Origin: a virus
Taxonomy: Duplodnaviria > Caudoviricetes
DNA: 33,443 bases
Virus record (IMG/VR): IMGVR_UViG_3300021592_000010
Coordinates: 1 to 33,443 of that record
Strand: one strand, 5' to 3'
Made by a program: the position numbers and the translations under genes. Positions 7,290 through 17,427 of this stretch are shown here, piece after piece. Within the stretch, counting starts at the first letter, position 1, and each line of letters starts with the position of its first letter. The notes under the pieces are model-generated. The model had not been told where the DNA came from and did not search any database. It was given only the letters and a program-made list of their open reading frames with translations.

Positions 7290-8012
7290 TTAAATCTCTA
7301 ATAAATAAAGTATTTCTCCTTTATCTGCAAATAAGATATTTACAAATTCTTTATCAAAATGTGTCTGAGTATTAGCAAAATTGGCAGGAAAAGTATTCTC
7401 TACATCCCATCTATTACCGTGTTGTTTGAATTTTTTTATAAATTCTTTATTCCAAGCATTAGGATTAAGCTTGCTAAAAAGTCTTGGTATTTTCTTTCCT
7501 TTCTGTTCCATTTTATGACGCCAGTATGTATAAATTGCAGCTACACCTACACTACAAACTTTATATTTTGCGCCAAAGTCAAAGAATTTGTATTTCTCAT
7601 AGAAAGGATAACCTGCAATAGTATTTATAAGAATATTAAGAAGTTGTCCAAAATCATATTCAGTATCAAGAATTCTTTTAGCACCTTCCCACATAATCTC
7701 TATATCGGCAGCTGTAAATTTGCATTTGGTATAGCGGTAAATACTTATCTCTTTGAAAGCAAAATCTTCAATAGGCACCATTTTAGCTCTAGGTGGTTCT
7801 ACTGAAAAAGCAGAGCCATCAAACCACATCATTGTGTGAGTATCTGTCCATCTACTTTTTTCACCAAATACTTCTTTTTGGGTTTTACGGATATAATGAT
7901 ATGCAATATGTAACCAAAATTCATAAAATTTCGGGTGTCCTGAAATATTGATGACATCACCAGGTCTTAAAATCTTTTTTAAAGTTTTAATAATTTTTTT
8001 GCTCTTTTTCAT
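7290..8012 (-). CDS. permuted papain-like amidase (YaeF/YiiX, C92-like)
   Basis: LRPGDVI, His before Cys (THTMM ... YDF ... VCSVGVAAIY), late P..F motif. Confidence 0.7.
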   Translation of the reverse strand: MKKSKKIIKTLKKILRPGDVINISGHPKFYEFWLHIAYHYIRKTQKEVFGEKSRWTDTHTMMWFDGSAFSVEPPRAKMVPIEDFAFKEISIYRYTKCKFTAADIEIMWEGAKRILDTEYDFGQLLNILINTIAGYPFYEKYKFFDFGAKYKVCSVGVAAIYTYWRHKMEQKGKKIPRLFSKLNPNAWNKEFIKKFKQHGNRWDVENTFPANFANTQTHFDKEFVNILFADKGEILYLLEI

Positions 8013-8018
8013 AATATA

Positions 8019-8459
8019 TTACTCCTTTAATTCAAAATGTGGTAAATCTTTGAAAGTTTTCCAATTCCCGCCCCAGATAATATCTGGAACTTGATGTGTA
8101 ACTAATAGTCCCAAAATTTTATACCAGTATTCAATTTCTTTATCCCATCTGAATTTCTTTAAAGTTTCATCCCAATATACAAAATCAACAGCTTTGCCTA
8201 ACTGATGTTTAGATAATTTCTTTATGCCATCACATTTGCTATGTCCTTTTTTAAATAATTTCTGTTGTCTTTTTGTTGTTCGGTAGGTTTCAAATAGTTT
8301 GAAAGGTAAATTGTGGTATCTTATTAAATTAAGTATCTGGATAGCCTTTTCCCGCATTTCTGGCACAAGTAAATCTAAACTTTTGTAAATTATCTCTTTT
8401 CTACCCATATTAAAAATCCTTTCAAAAAAATTTATAATCAATTTTAAAAGTTTTTTCAT
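8019..8459 (-). CDS. endolysin, M15 family (L-Ala-D-Glu peptidase-like)
   Basis: ETYRT..RQ..L, SKHQLGKAVD, WGGNW..FKDLPHFEL. Confidence 0.92.
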   Translation of the reverse strand: MKKLLKLIINFFERIFNMGRKEIIYKSLDLLVPEMREKAIQILNLIRYHNLPFKLFETYRTTKRQQKLFKKGHSKCDGIKKLSKHQLGKAVDFVYWDETLKKFRWDKEIEYWYKILGLLVTHQVPDIIWGGNWKTFKDLPHFELKE

Positions 8460-8741
8460 CTAAAATTTTCCTTTCAGGATAAGTTTTAATACATATACAC
8501 CTATCCCTATTACATTTGCGGATAGAAGCAGATAGATTATCCGAGTATGATTTTTCAATCTTTCTGCGTGCTTGATAATTGAGCCGTTGTGTTCTCCTAC
8601 CTTGTTTATAAGCCCTTTCAAATCAGCTTTAATTTCTGTTAAAATGTTTAGAATATTGTTATACTTCTCTTCTATTATAGCTTCTTGTTTTTCAAGTAAA
8701 TTTAGTCTTTCCTGATAAGAAAGATTGTTTTTTCTTTTCAT
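8460..8741 (-). CDS. holin-like coiled-coil protein with C-terminal TM helix
   Basis: Position before endolysin; XhlA-like architecture; ATG 8741 after GGAG. Confidence 0.6.
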   Translation of the reverse strand: MKRKNNLSYQERLNLLEKQEAIIEEKYNNILNILTEIKADLKGLINKVGEHNGSIIKHAERLKNHTRIIYLLLSANVIGIGVYVLKLILKGKF

Positions 8742-8991
8742 TTTCAACTCCTTTTTTTATATGTAATTTTCCATCCTTTTCTATTAAAACTCCTTTTTCT
8801 TTCAGATTTTGTATTGCTTGTGTTCTTATAATATTTTCTTTTTCCTCTGCTATATATTCTTCTATAAGTGTTTCTTCTTCTCTTTGTTTTGCTTCTTCAA
8901 GTTGTTTTTCATATTCTTCATCAGATATTTCTTCTTCAATTTCTTTAATTTCCTTTTTAATTATATCTACTTTTATTCCTCTTATCTTCAT
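8692..8991 (-). CDS. small tail-fibre-associated protein
   Basis: ATG 8991 after AAGGAG; directly follows tail fibre gene. Confidence 0.55.
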   Translation of the reverse strand: MKIRGIKVDIIKKEIKEIEEEISDEEYEKQLEEAKQREEETLIEEYIAEEKENIIRTQAIQNLKEKGVLIEKDGKLHIKKGVENEKKKQSFLSGKTKFT

Positions 8992-9013
8992 TTTTTGTTT
9001 TCTCCTTTTACTT

Positions 9014-9709
9014 TTATGTTCGTTTAAGTTTAAACAAAACAAACTTACTCCCTGCTCCAATAGCATTTGATACAGAAGATTGAATTCTTAATTGAGTAAT
9101 ATTAGTAATTGTAGCAGTTTTTACACCACTTATCATTGCTAGTCGCACATTAGAAGATGAATATTCACCTATATGACAAACCCATCTAAAATATCCAGAA
9201 ACATCTTTTGTTATAACAAGAGTAAAAAGACTAACATTTCCACTTGCAAGATAATCAAATACTGAATCATTCATCCGATTGCCATCGATGCTGGTTCCAC
9301 TCGCAGTTATATATTGACGATAATAGTTAGTAGAAGTATAATCACCTTCTACAAAAATTTCGTAGCCACTAGCTGAACCTGCAGAATTTTTTAATGTTCC
9401 ATATATCATATAGAACCAATCAGTATTACCATCTAAACCTGTAAAGTCTATATATGTAGTATCTGAGCTCACATTTACTTCAGTGATTTTCTTCCAAATG
9501 TCTACTTGGTCGGCATTTATGGGTGTCCAAGTGGGAGTAGTTGCTGTAAGCATATAAAGGGTATTGTCATCTAATTGTCTTGCAAGTTTACCTATATCTG
9601 AATTTGAAAATCCTGTTGCAGATGTTCTTTCAGCTGAAGAGGCATAAGTCCAAGCATAAGGTATATGGATACCGTGTGATACTGTTAAATTTTTATGTTT
9701 AACTGCCAT
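9014..9709 (-). CDS. short tail fibre / receptor-binding protein
   Basis: S/T/G-rich beta content; C-terminal ITNITQLRI...IGAGSKFVL typical of fibre tip domains. Confidence 0.65.
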   Translation of the reverse strand: MAVKHKNLTVSHGIHIPYAWTYASSAERTSATGFSNSDIGKLARQLDDNTLYMLTATTPTWTPINADQVDIWKKITEVNVSSDTTYIDFTGLDGNTDWFYMIYGTLKNSAGSASGYEIFVEGDYTSTNYYRQYITASGTSIDGNRMNDSVFDYLASGNVSLFTLVITKDVSGYFRWVCHIGEYSSSNVRLAMISGVKTATITNITQLRIQSSVSNAIGAGSKFVLFKLKRT

Positions 9710-9723
9710 AATATTCTCCTTTT

Positions 9724-9954
9724 TTAGATAGTAATAATTTCGCCATCTTCTGTAAATAAAAGGCTATAATCTTCAGTATCAGTTGTAGAATCTGCAATAA
9801 TTATATCGCTCCAAGGTGTTAAAGAGTCAGTTACATCTTTAATTTTTTCATATTCTTTATCAAGCAAAGCAAGTAATCGCTCTATTGTTACTCGTGCCTG
9901 TTCCCAATCGTGTTCAAGTGGTCTTTTAACTGATTGTCTGTTATATTCTGCCAT
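9724..9954 (-). CDS. small virion/tail-associated protein
   Basis: Position and SD. Confidence 0.55.
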   Translation of the reverse strand: MAEYNRQSVKRPLEHDWEQARVTIERLLALLDKEYEKIKDVTDSLTPWSDIIIADSTTDTEDYSLLFTEDGEIITI

Positions 9955-9960
9955 TTTAAA

Positions 9961-12900
9961 TCAACTCCTTGCTAAAATTTTTTTATAAGCACGCTTTATA
10001 CGCTCTTCTGGTGCAAGTTTTTGTTCTAATATTTGTGATGGTAAAATAGGATAAATATTCTGTTCTGGAACAGTTTGTTGAGATAAAGAAGGAACATTTT
10101 TTATTAATGCTATAAGTTTATCTACAGGTGTTTCCTTTTTAGCTGTTTTTTTATTCTTTTTCTCTCTTTTCAATTCCAAAAATTTTCTATATAAATCTGG
10201 TCGTGCCGAATAAGCTCGTCTTTTAGCTGCCTGCCTTATATTTGAGAAAAATTTCCTTAAAAAGTCTTCTTTTCTATCTTCATCTTTAATCTGTTGATAA
10301 GCTGGCCAGAAAAGCTTTATACGCTTTTTGAATTCATCTTGCATAAAGAATAATATTAACTGGTCTAATTCAGCAATTTTAGTTGAACGAGGCACAATAT
10401 TATTTATTTCCAGTCCATATTTCAGCATCTCTTCTTGGATAGGTTCTAATTCCTGAATAGAAAGTCCTGTTAATTGTCTTAAATATGGTGTAGTTCTTTT
10501 AAGATATTTCTCTTTTTCACTTATAAGTGCTACCTTTCGTGGCAATAATTCTCTTAAAAGTGGTATATTTCTAATAATACGGCCAACTTGCCGTTTCAAA
10601 GGTGACCGAGTATAAGTATAAATATCACGATAAAATTTTTCTTCAGGTATAATACCTGAAAGCAAATCAATAAGTGTTCTAAATGGCACAGTAAAACCTG
10701 CAAGCCATTCACCTAAAACATCTAAAACAATTCTTGATGTAATTTTACCTGTTCTACCTGCTTTAGCTCTTAAAGCATCTATTATAAGCAATCCTGACCC
10801 AGCAAGTCTATTGACAGAAAGTAAAGCATCTGTCCAATCTCTACCTGAAATATTTTTTGTGCCGTGCAAAACCAATTCTGCAAAGAACATATATTGTGCA
10901 AATGGTGCAAATGGTCTTAAATCTATTACTTTAGTTTTGCCATCTTTATCAACAAATTTTACTTGATAATATTTGGGCCCTCTATATCTTTTGCTTCTTA
11001 AAAGCAAAGCATAAGCAAAAATGAGGCTTCCTATCAAAGCTTTGTTAAAAGTTTTGTATGCCTCTGTTTTCTCTGTTATATCAGGAGAGGCAAGTTTAGT
11101 TTTAAATGATTTAGAAAAAAGCCTTGCAAAACCTATAGGATTATAATTAACTATAAAATTCCAGATATTATAAGCAAATCGTGGGAAAGGAGCTACCAAA
11201 GTTAAAAATGGGAATTCACGATAAAGACGCATAATAGCTTGACCAACTCCCTTTTCAGGATATTTAGCGAAAGTTAAATCTAAAGCGTGATTAACTATTT
11301 TATCTCCAATTTCTTGTTTGTCAATGGAAGATAATTCTTCTATTGAATTAGCACCTTTCTGAGTTACTAATGCTTCAGCTTTGGCAGCTGCAGATATGCG
11401 TCTGAAGAAATGTTCCTGTAAAGTATTTAAAGTATTAACAATTTTCACTAATTTATTGCCTAATACTAATGCTTGACCTGTTGTAGAGAGAAGTTTGGCT
11501 TTTTGGACAGGAAAATTATCTAAAAGTTTTTCTATCTCTTTGCGTCCTGTTGGAGATAGTCCTTTAATAAAATTATGGATATTAGCAAACATTCCAGCAT
11601 AAGCTTTTTTAGATGCAATAGTAGGATGTTTAATTTTAAGAAAGGCACCCACCATTGCATTTTCAACTGTATCCATAAAATAGCGTGCAAATTGAACTTC
11701 AGCATTTCTGATAGCAGTCATTATCTGTCCTACCAACATTCCACGCCTTACATTATCAGCTTTGCGATATATTTCTTTGATTTTGTCCCATAAAGTGAGT
11801 TCTTTTTCATATTTTTTGAATTCTTTTGATAATTCTTTAATTTTGTTATACTCTTCTATAAGTTTATTAACTTTCTCTTTCTGTGCAGGATTTTCAGCTA
11901 TTTGATTGAGTCTGTTGAGTAAAGATTCTGATATTTCTGTAGGATAATGTTTCTGGATAGTATTAATAATCTTTATTGCTTCTTTATTGCCTTTAAAAGC
12001 TTGTTTAATCTGTTGAAAATAAGGTTCAACTTGTTTCTTGAATTGGATATTAAACTGTTTAGCAAAATGTCCCAATTTCCCTAATCCTCGTCCCCATTCG
12101 GATATTTCGCTTCTAAACCATTTAGCAAACTGTTCTGTAGACAGTCCTGATTCTCTTAAAATAGCTGGCACATCTCCAAACTGAAATTCGCCTAATGCCA
12201 GTTTTTTAGTTAATCTTTTAAAAAGTCTGATAGAAGTATCAGTTAGAGTTGGGTCATCAGGATTATTAACTAAAACTTCAGTAGCATTTTTTATAACCTT
12301 ATCAACAGCACCAGATTGCAAACCTGCTTTTTTGAATACACCAGAAATACCACCAGCTTCAACAGCTCCCTCTTTTATTTCAGGCATTTTATTTAAAATT
12401 TGGGTAGCAACTTTCAATTGCTGTTGAGGTTTAGAAACAATTTCTTTTGAAATCATTTCTTTAAATTCAATTGTTGGTTTTTCAGCAATAGCAGGAGCTT
12501 TAGGTTCAGGTAAAAGTTTGAGTAATCTATCAATTGGTTTCTCTTCAGTTGGTTTCTTCTCTATTACTGTTTTGGGTAATTTAATTTTTTTTGCTATTTT
12601 ATTGTATTTAACTAATGTCTGATAAGCTTCTGTTATTTCTCTAAATTTTTCAATATCGCCTGTATTAGGCACATCTGGATGATAAATTTTAGCTAATTCT
12701 CTATATCGTTTTGTAACAGTATTTATATCAGTTTTTTTAACTCCTAAAGTTTTGGCAGCTTTTGGAATTATTTCTTTTTTTAATCTTATTCTTCCTTTGA
12801 TAGTAGAGGCTAAAGCAGGGATACTGCTTATAATACCACCTATTATTATCCCTTCAGGAATAGAATATCCGATATTTTTTAAAACATCTTTCCATTCATA

Positions 12901-13572
12901 GTTTTCATCTTCTATTTTTTTTATTAATTCTGTAGCTGCTGTAGCAGTTGGAAAAACCATTCCACCTTCAACTATACCTGGTGTAATTTTGCTTAAAAAT
13001 TCGCCTACTTTAGGAATTTTTGAAACAGCAGGTGCAACCTTACCAGCAATTTTAGCTGTTACAGGAGATAAGAAACTGCCTGCTAATGAAAAAGCTAATA
13101 ACTGTCTTATATTTTCTCTTGCTTCTTTATCAGCAAGATAAGAAATTAATTCTTTTGTTTCTTCTATTTGTTCAGGTGATAATTTTTTTCTTGCCCGATA
13201 AAGTTCTAAAAGAGTAGTAGGTAAAGCTTGAGGTTCTTCTCGGGTAAGAGTTGGTGCTTGAGCTTCACCTGCTGGAATATTTGTAACTTTTAATGGAATA
13301 GTTGGTTTTTCAGGAGTTTCTTTTTCTCTAAATTTTTCAATAAGAGGTTCTATTTTTTGTGCTAATGTTGCTAAAAATCCTTTTTCTTTTTTTGTAGAAA
13401 ATTCAGGAAATTGATTTTTGACATAATTTATTATCTGTTCGTCAGGATAGTTTTCTAATGCAGGATAGATATATCGCATATTATTAGGGTCAAGCAAGTA
13501 TTCATATACTTTTTCTTTCGGATAATTTTTAGCTGCTGGATATTTAGTTATAAAATCTTCATATAAATTCAT
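9961..13572 (-). CDS. large internal virion/DNA ejection protein containing a DnaJ J-domain
   Basis: Largest of three helical genes after nozzle; TLGV...KRYRELAKIYHPD...GDIEKFREITEAYQTL at residues about 272-322. Confidence 0.75.
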   Translation of the reverse strand: MNLYEDFITKYPAAKNYPKEKVYEYLLDPNNMRYIYPALENYPDEQIINYVKNQFPEFSTKKEKGFLATLAQKIEPLIEKFREKETPEKPTIPLKVTNIPAGEAQAPTLTREEPQALPTTLLELYRARKKLSPEQIEETKELISYLADKEARENIRQLLAFSLAGSFLSPVTAKIAGKVAPAVSKIPKVGEFLSKITPGIVEGGMVFPTATAATELIKKIEDENYEWKDVLKNIGYSIPEGIIIGGIISSIPALASTIKGRIRLKKEIIPKAAKTLGVKKTDINTVTKRYRELAKIYHPDVPNTGDIEKFREITEAYQTLVKYNKIAKKIKLPKTVIEKKPTEEKPIDRLLKLLPEPKAPAIAEKPTIEFKEMISKEIVSKPQQQLKVATQILNKMPEIKEGAVEAGGISGVFKKAGLQSGAVDKVIKNATEVLVNNPDDPTLTDTSIRLFKRLTKKLALGEFQFGDVPAILRESGLSTEQFAKWFRSEISEWGRGLGKLGHFAKQFNIQFKKQVEPYFQQIKQAFKGNKEAIKIINTIQKHYPTEISESLLNRLNQIAENPAQKEKVNKLIEEYNKIKELSKEFKKYEKELTLWDKIKEIYRKADNVRRGMLVGQIMTAIRNAEVQFARYFMDTVENAMVGAFLKIKHPTIASKKAYAGMFANIHNFIKGLSPTGRKEIEKLLDNFPVQKAKLLSTTGQALVLGNKLVKIVNTLNTLQEHFFRRISAAAKAEALVTQKGANSIEELSSIDKQEIGDKIVNHALDLTFAKYPEKGVGQAIMRLYREFPFLTLVAPFPRFAYNIWNFIVNYNPIGFARLFSKSFKTKLASPDITEKTEAYKTFNKALIGSLIFAYALLLRSKRYRGPKYYQVKFVDKDGKTKVIDLRPFAPFAQYMFFAELVLHGTKNISGRDWTDALLSVNRLAGSGLLIIDALRAKAGRTGKITSRIVLDVLGEWLAGFTVPFRTLIDLLSGIIPEEKFYRDIYTYTRSPLKRQVGRIIRNIPLLRELLPRKVALISEKEKYLKRTTPYLRQLTGLSIQELEPIQEEMLKYGLEINNIVPRSTKIAELDQLILFFMQDEFKKRIKLFWPAYQQIKDEDRKEDFLRKFFSNIRQAAKRRAYSARPDLYRKFLELKREKKNKKTAKKETPVDKLIALIKNVPSLSQQTVPEQNIYPILPSQILEQKLAPEERIKRAYKKILARS

Positions 13573-14147
13573 TGTGGAAACCCTGGTGGTAATTTTTCCA
13601 TTTGAGTGACATCAATTCCATATCTTCTTAATAATCTTTTTCTTATATTTTCCATAGCTCTTTGTATTTTTATAGATGGATTTCTATTAAATTCCTGAAT
13701 TAGCAAATTATATAATTGCAATTGTGCCTGAACAGTAGGTGGAATACGAGGTGCATATTGCTTTTTAGGTGGTTCAAATAATCCTAATAGTTGCAAGAAT
13801 GACATAGGTGTTCGTTCTAATGGTAATGTTTCTAATGGAATTTCAGGCCCTTTAATAGGCACTTCTCTTGTTGGTAATTGTTCAACAGGGATAGGTTTGC
13901 TCTCTTCTAATGAAATAGGTTCTCTTATTGTAGCATAAGCTGTTGTAGGAATACCTGTTACTCCTCTTTCTTTTAATTTAGATACCAGAAACTGTCTTAA
14001 TGCCTGTTGTTCCATTTCTTTTCTTTTTTCTGCTTTTCTTTCTTTTAAAAGTTCAAGGAAACTTCCTAATCTCTCAAGGAAACCTCCTAATGCTTCTAAT
14101 GTCGTGCCGCCATAAGTTCTACCCCAAGTTGCAAATTTTGATGCCAT
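13569..14147 (-). CDS. putative internal virion/ejection protein
   Basis: Gly-rich amphipathic N-terminus; position in podovirus gene order. Confidence 0.6.
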   Translation of the reverse strand: MASKFATWGRTYGGTTLEALGGFLERLGSFLELLKERKAEKRKEMEQQALRQFLVSKLKERGVTGIPTTAYATIREPISLEESKPIPVEQLPTREVPIKGPEIPLETLPLERTPMSFLQLLGLFEPPKKQYAPRIPPTVQAQLQLYNLLIQEFNRNPSIKIQRAMENIRKRLLRRYGIDVTQMEKLPPGFPQ

Positions 14148-14178
14148 TTTTATAATCCTCCTATTTTATTATTTATTA

Positions 14179-14682
14179 TTATTGATAACCAGCAATGGTT
14201 TTAACTCGTGCAACATCAGTTAGATATTTCTGCATAGCACGACGCCAAGCTTCACGCTCACCTTCTCTTGCAAGTTGTGTAATTAATCTATCATAATCTT
14301 GTGCCATTCTGCGTGCATATCTGGACATAAGTTCTGTGCCTATTCCGCCTCGAGCTTGTCCTTGTAAAGCTAATAGATTGCGCTGTCCTAATAATTCTTT
14401 CTCTTGCATTTCTTTGACAGGTCTGAGTATATCAGCATAATCTTCTTCTCTGAATTGATAAGTAGGTTCTTGGAACGGTTTAAGATTAGACAAGAGATAT
14501 TCTAAAGCAGCTTTCCTGCGTGCTTCTTTGTAAGCCATTTCTCTTTCCCACTGTTCTCGTGTCCATTCCAATTCCTTTTCTCTTGCTCGTTCTTCAGGTG
14601 ATTCAAATAACCCTGTTCCATAACCTATTTCTGTTAATCCTTTCAAAAGACCACCTGCACCTATTAACCATATAGGGTCCAT
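14179..14682 (-). CDS. putative internal virion/ejection (pilot) protein
   Basis: MDPIWLIGAGGLL N-terminus, Gln/Ala/Arg-rich helices, follows nozzle. Confidence 0.65.
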   Translation of the reverse strand: MDPIWLIGAGGLLKGLTEIGYGTGLFESPEERAREKELEWTREQWEREMAYKEARRKAALEYLLSNLKPFQEPTYQFREEDYADILRPVKEMQEKELLGQRNLLALQGQARGGIGTELMSRYARRMAQDYDRLITQLAREGEREAWRRAMQKYLTDVARVKTIAGYQ

Positions 14683-14709
14683 TTTTTAGCCTCCTTTTTT
14701 AAATTTCAT

Positions 14710-17418
14710 TTATGGAATATAATTAGTAGTATCTTCTCTAAAAACAGTTTTATAAACTCGTGCTTTTATAGCAATACTACAAATTTCAAATGGGTCGCTT
14801 GTTACTGTTCCAGCATTTTTGATTTTAAATCTTATTACTCTACCTTTAACATTAGGTAATTTTTTGACATATCTATTCTTTGTGCTACCACTTATAGTTA
14901 TACTGAATTTATTGCTATCGCTAAAATCTGCACCATCAACAGCCCAATAGATGTCTATATCCCAATTACCTTTTCCTATATATTCAATAATAACTTCATC
15001 AAATACTTTATGTTCTGTAGGATAACCTAAATCAAGCCAAGCTGTTGTGAAATATTTTGTAATAGCATTTCCATTATCAGCATCAGTATTATTCAATTTA
15101 TATACATAACCATCAAAATCGCCAGCATATAGATATTCTATACCATCTTTTGTCACTTTTCCAAAAGAACAAATTGCTAAATCATAAGGTTTGTATAAAG
15201 TATTAGTTTTAACATTATATATCCATACCTGATTATTAGTTGATCCAGACTCTGTTACTGCTAACCAATATTCGCCTGTTTCCTCAAAATATTTACCATA
15301 AGCATTCATAAGCAAAGTTTTATCAAGTGACGACCAGTCATCTTTAATTTTTTCTGATAATTGGATAACAACATTACCAGTTAAGAAACATATTCCTTTA
15401 TCTTTATCTGCAAAAATTAATCCTTGCCGTCCTTGTATTGTAGCATAATCAGCTGTAAAACCTGATACACAACCAAACTCTCGTGTTATAAGATGTGTTG
15501 TTACAGAAATTAAATCATCTGTAATAGTAGGAATTGCATACCAGATACTATCTTCTTTGAAAATAATAAGATAATCTCCAAGTGGTTTAAGTCCTGTAAT
15601 AATAGTTTTCTCATTTGCTCCAATTGGTGTATAGTATTCTAATGACCAATCATTTTGGTCTAAAGAATTAGTCCAGTATAGATACGAAGGATTATTATAA
15701 TCACCTGCACCCCATAGAATATCTTTGAATTGGACTAAATATTTGAATGTTGGAACAAGATTATTAGTTGTAGGAATAACATCGCCTTCTGAACCGTCAG
15801 CAACATCATCTGTATAAGTAGTAGAGAAATTGCCATCGCTATCTTTTTCTATATCATCAATATATTTAAATTCTGACCAAGTATCACCACTTTTCTTAGC
15901 TCTGTAAATTAGAATTCTTGTAATATCTTCTTTTAGACCTGTCATAAAATTAGTAGATGGCACAGGTATATTTGTCAATTCTATATTCTGGTTACTTACA
16001 GTAACCTCATTACTTTCAAGACCACCAGAACTTTCAAGCGAAGATGTGGCATAAGTAAGCTTATATTTATAAGTTCCTGTTTTTCCTGTTCCTGTTCCTG
16101 TCGATGCTTTCAAAGATAAAGGAGTTCCTAAAGTATGAAATACATTAGCTTTTACATCTTTTCCTTCTGCTATATCAATAGCAATAGGATTATTTAATTG
16201 TCCTTCACCATCTCCAGAAGCATCTACTAATGTAGTGCCACTTCCACCACTTAAATCATATCTTAAGATTTTATTATCTGACGATGTAACAAAAACATAA
16301 TTATATGTAGGAGAAACAACTATATCAAGAGGATTTGTAACGCTCCATTGACCTAAATAATTATAAGATAAATCAAAATACTGAATACGGTCATTTCCGC
16401 TATCTACTACATAAATTTTACTATTTGTTTCATCTATATATATTCCTAATGGAAAATTAAATTCACCATTGCCTGTCCCAGCTGAACCAAAATATGACCC
16501 AATAAGAGAATTTCCTATTGTATTATATACAATTTGATGGTATGAAGGATGAGAAGCATATACTTTTGAATTTGTGATATCTACAGCTAAACGAGCAGTT
16601 GTATCTACTTTAACAGAACGAAGACTTGTAAGTTTAGAGGTGTCTTCTTCTCCTGTAGAATCAAATGCTCTTACTGCAGTTTGAATAGTAGGGTCATCTT
16701 TTATTTCTAATACATAGAAATAACCTCCTCCACACGCTATATCTAAAGGACGAGCATTATTTACATTAGGATACTCCCATTTTTTCCATTTCCTTTGGAA
16801 GTTGCCATTTAAATCATATTGTTTTATGTAATAAGTATCTCTATCCAAAATATAAATATAATTATTTATTGTATCAACTGCTAATCTTATATTATTGCTA
16901 AATTCAAGCGAACTTCCAAATGTTGTTACATACGAGCCACTATATGTAAATGACTGAACTCTATAATTATTTTGGTCTGCAATATAAATTATATTTTGAG
17001 AGTATAAAGATTCTTCTCCATATTCAAAAGCAGGTTCTTCACCATTACTTATAAATAAGCGATTTTTCCACGTAAACATTGAGGCTCGTCTGTTAAGAGT
17101 TAAAGTAAGTGAACCACCCACAATATCTACTTTTTCAGTCCACGCTGTTCCACTCCACTTATATAATTTATCTCCACATATAGCCCACTCGGATTTATTG
17201 CCCCAAAAATCGCCGTGTTGATAGATTGTAGTAACATATTTTCCTGATTCTATCTGGTTACCTACTACGGAATAGCCTTTTCTACTTTCTATATTTCCTA
17301 TCTCTTTTATTCTGACATTATAAGTTTCTGATAATTCATTTGATTTCAACTGATAAGCACTGTCTCTTGTATTCAGTCCACCTAAAAAATTTGCTATTCT
17401 GTATATTATTCTTTTCAT
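14710..17418 (-). CDS. tail nozzle (P22 gp10/T7 gp12-like) with inserted NHL-repeat propeller
   Basis: FLGGLNT...NV...SRKGY N-terminus; NHL repeats GTGNGEFNFPLGI..IYVVDSGNDRIQ; C-terminal GRVIRFKI. Confidence 0.8.
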   Translation of the reverse strand: MKRIIYRIANFLGGLNTRDSAYQLKSNELSETYNVRIKEIGNIESRKGYSVVGNQIESGKYVTTIYQHGDFWGNKSEWAICGDKLYKWSGTAWTEKVDIVGGSLTLTLNRRASMFTWKNRLFISNGEEPAFEYGEESLYSQNIIYIADQNNYRVQSFTYSGSYVTTFGSSLEFSNNIRLAVDTINNYIYILDRDTYYIKQYDLNGNFQRKWKKWEYPNVNNARPLDIACGGGYFYVLEIKDDPTIQTAVRAFDSTGEEDTSKLTSLRSVKVDTTARLAVDITNSKVYASHPSYHQIVYNTIGNSLIGSYFGSAGTGNGEFNFPLGIYIDETNSKIYVVDSGNDRIQYFDLSYNYLGQWSVTNPLDIVVSPTYNYVFVTSSDNKILRYDLSGGSGTTLVDASGDGEGQLNNPIAIDIAEGKDVKANVFHTLGTPLSLKASTGTGTGKTGTYKYKLTYATSSLESSGGLESNEVTVSNQNIELTNIPVPSTNFMTGLKEDITRILIYRAKKSGDTWSEFKYIDDIEKDSDGNFSTTYTDDVADGSEGDVIPTTNNLVPTFKYLVQFKDILWGAGDYNNPSYLYWTNSLDQNDWSLEYYTPIGANEKTIITGLKPLGDYLIIFKEDSIWYAIPTITDDLISVTTHLITREFGCVSGFTADYATIQGRQGLIFADKDKGICFLTGNVVIQLSEKIKDDWSSLDKTLLMNAYGKYFEETGEYWLAVTESGSTNNQVWIYNVKTNTLYKPYDLAICSFGKVTKDGIEYLYAGDFDGYVYKLNNTDADNGNAITKYFTTAWLDLGYPTEHKVFDEVIIEYIGKGNWDIDIYWAVDGADFSDSNKFSITISGSTKNRYVKKLPNVKGRVIRFKIKNAGTVTSDPFEICSIAIKARVYKTVFREDTTNYIP

Positions 17419-17427
17419 CTTTTTTCA

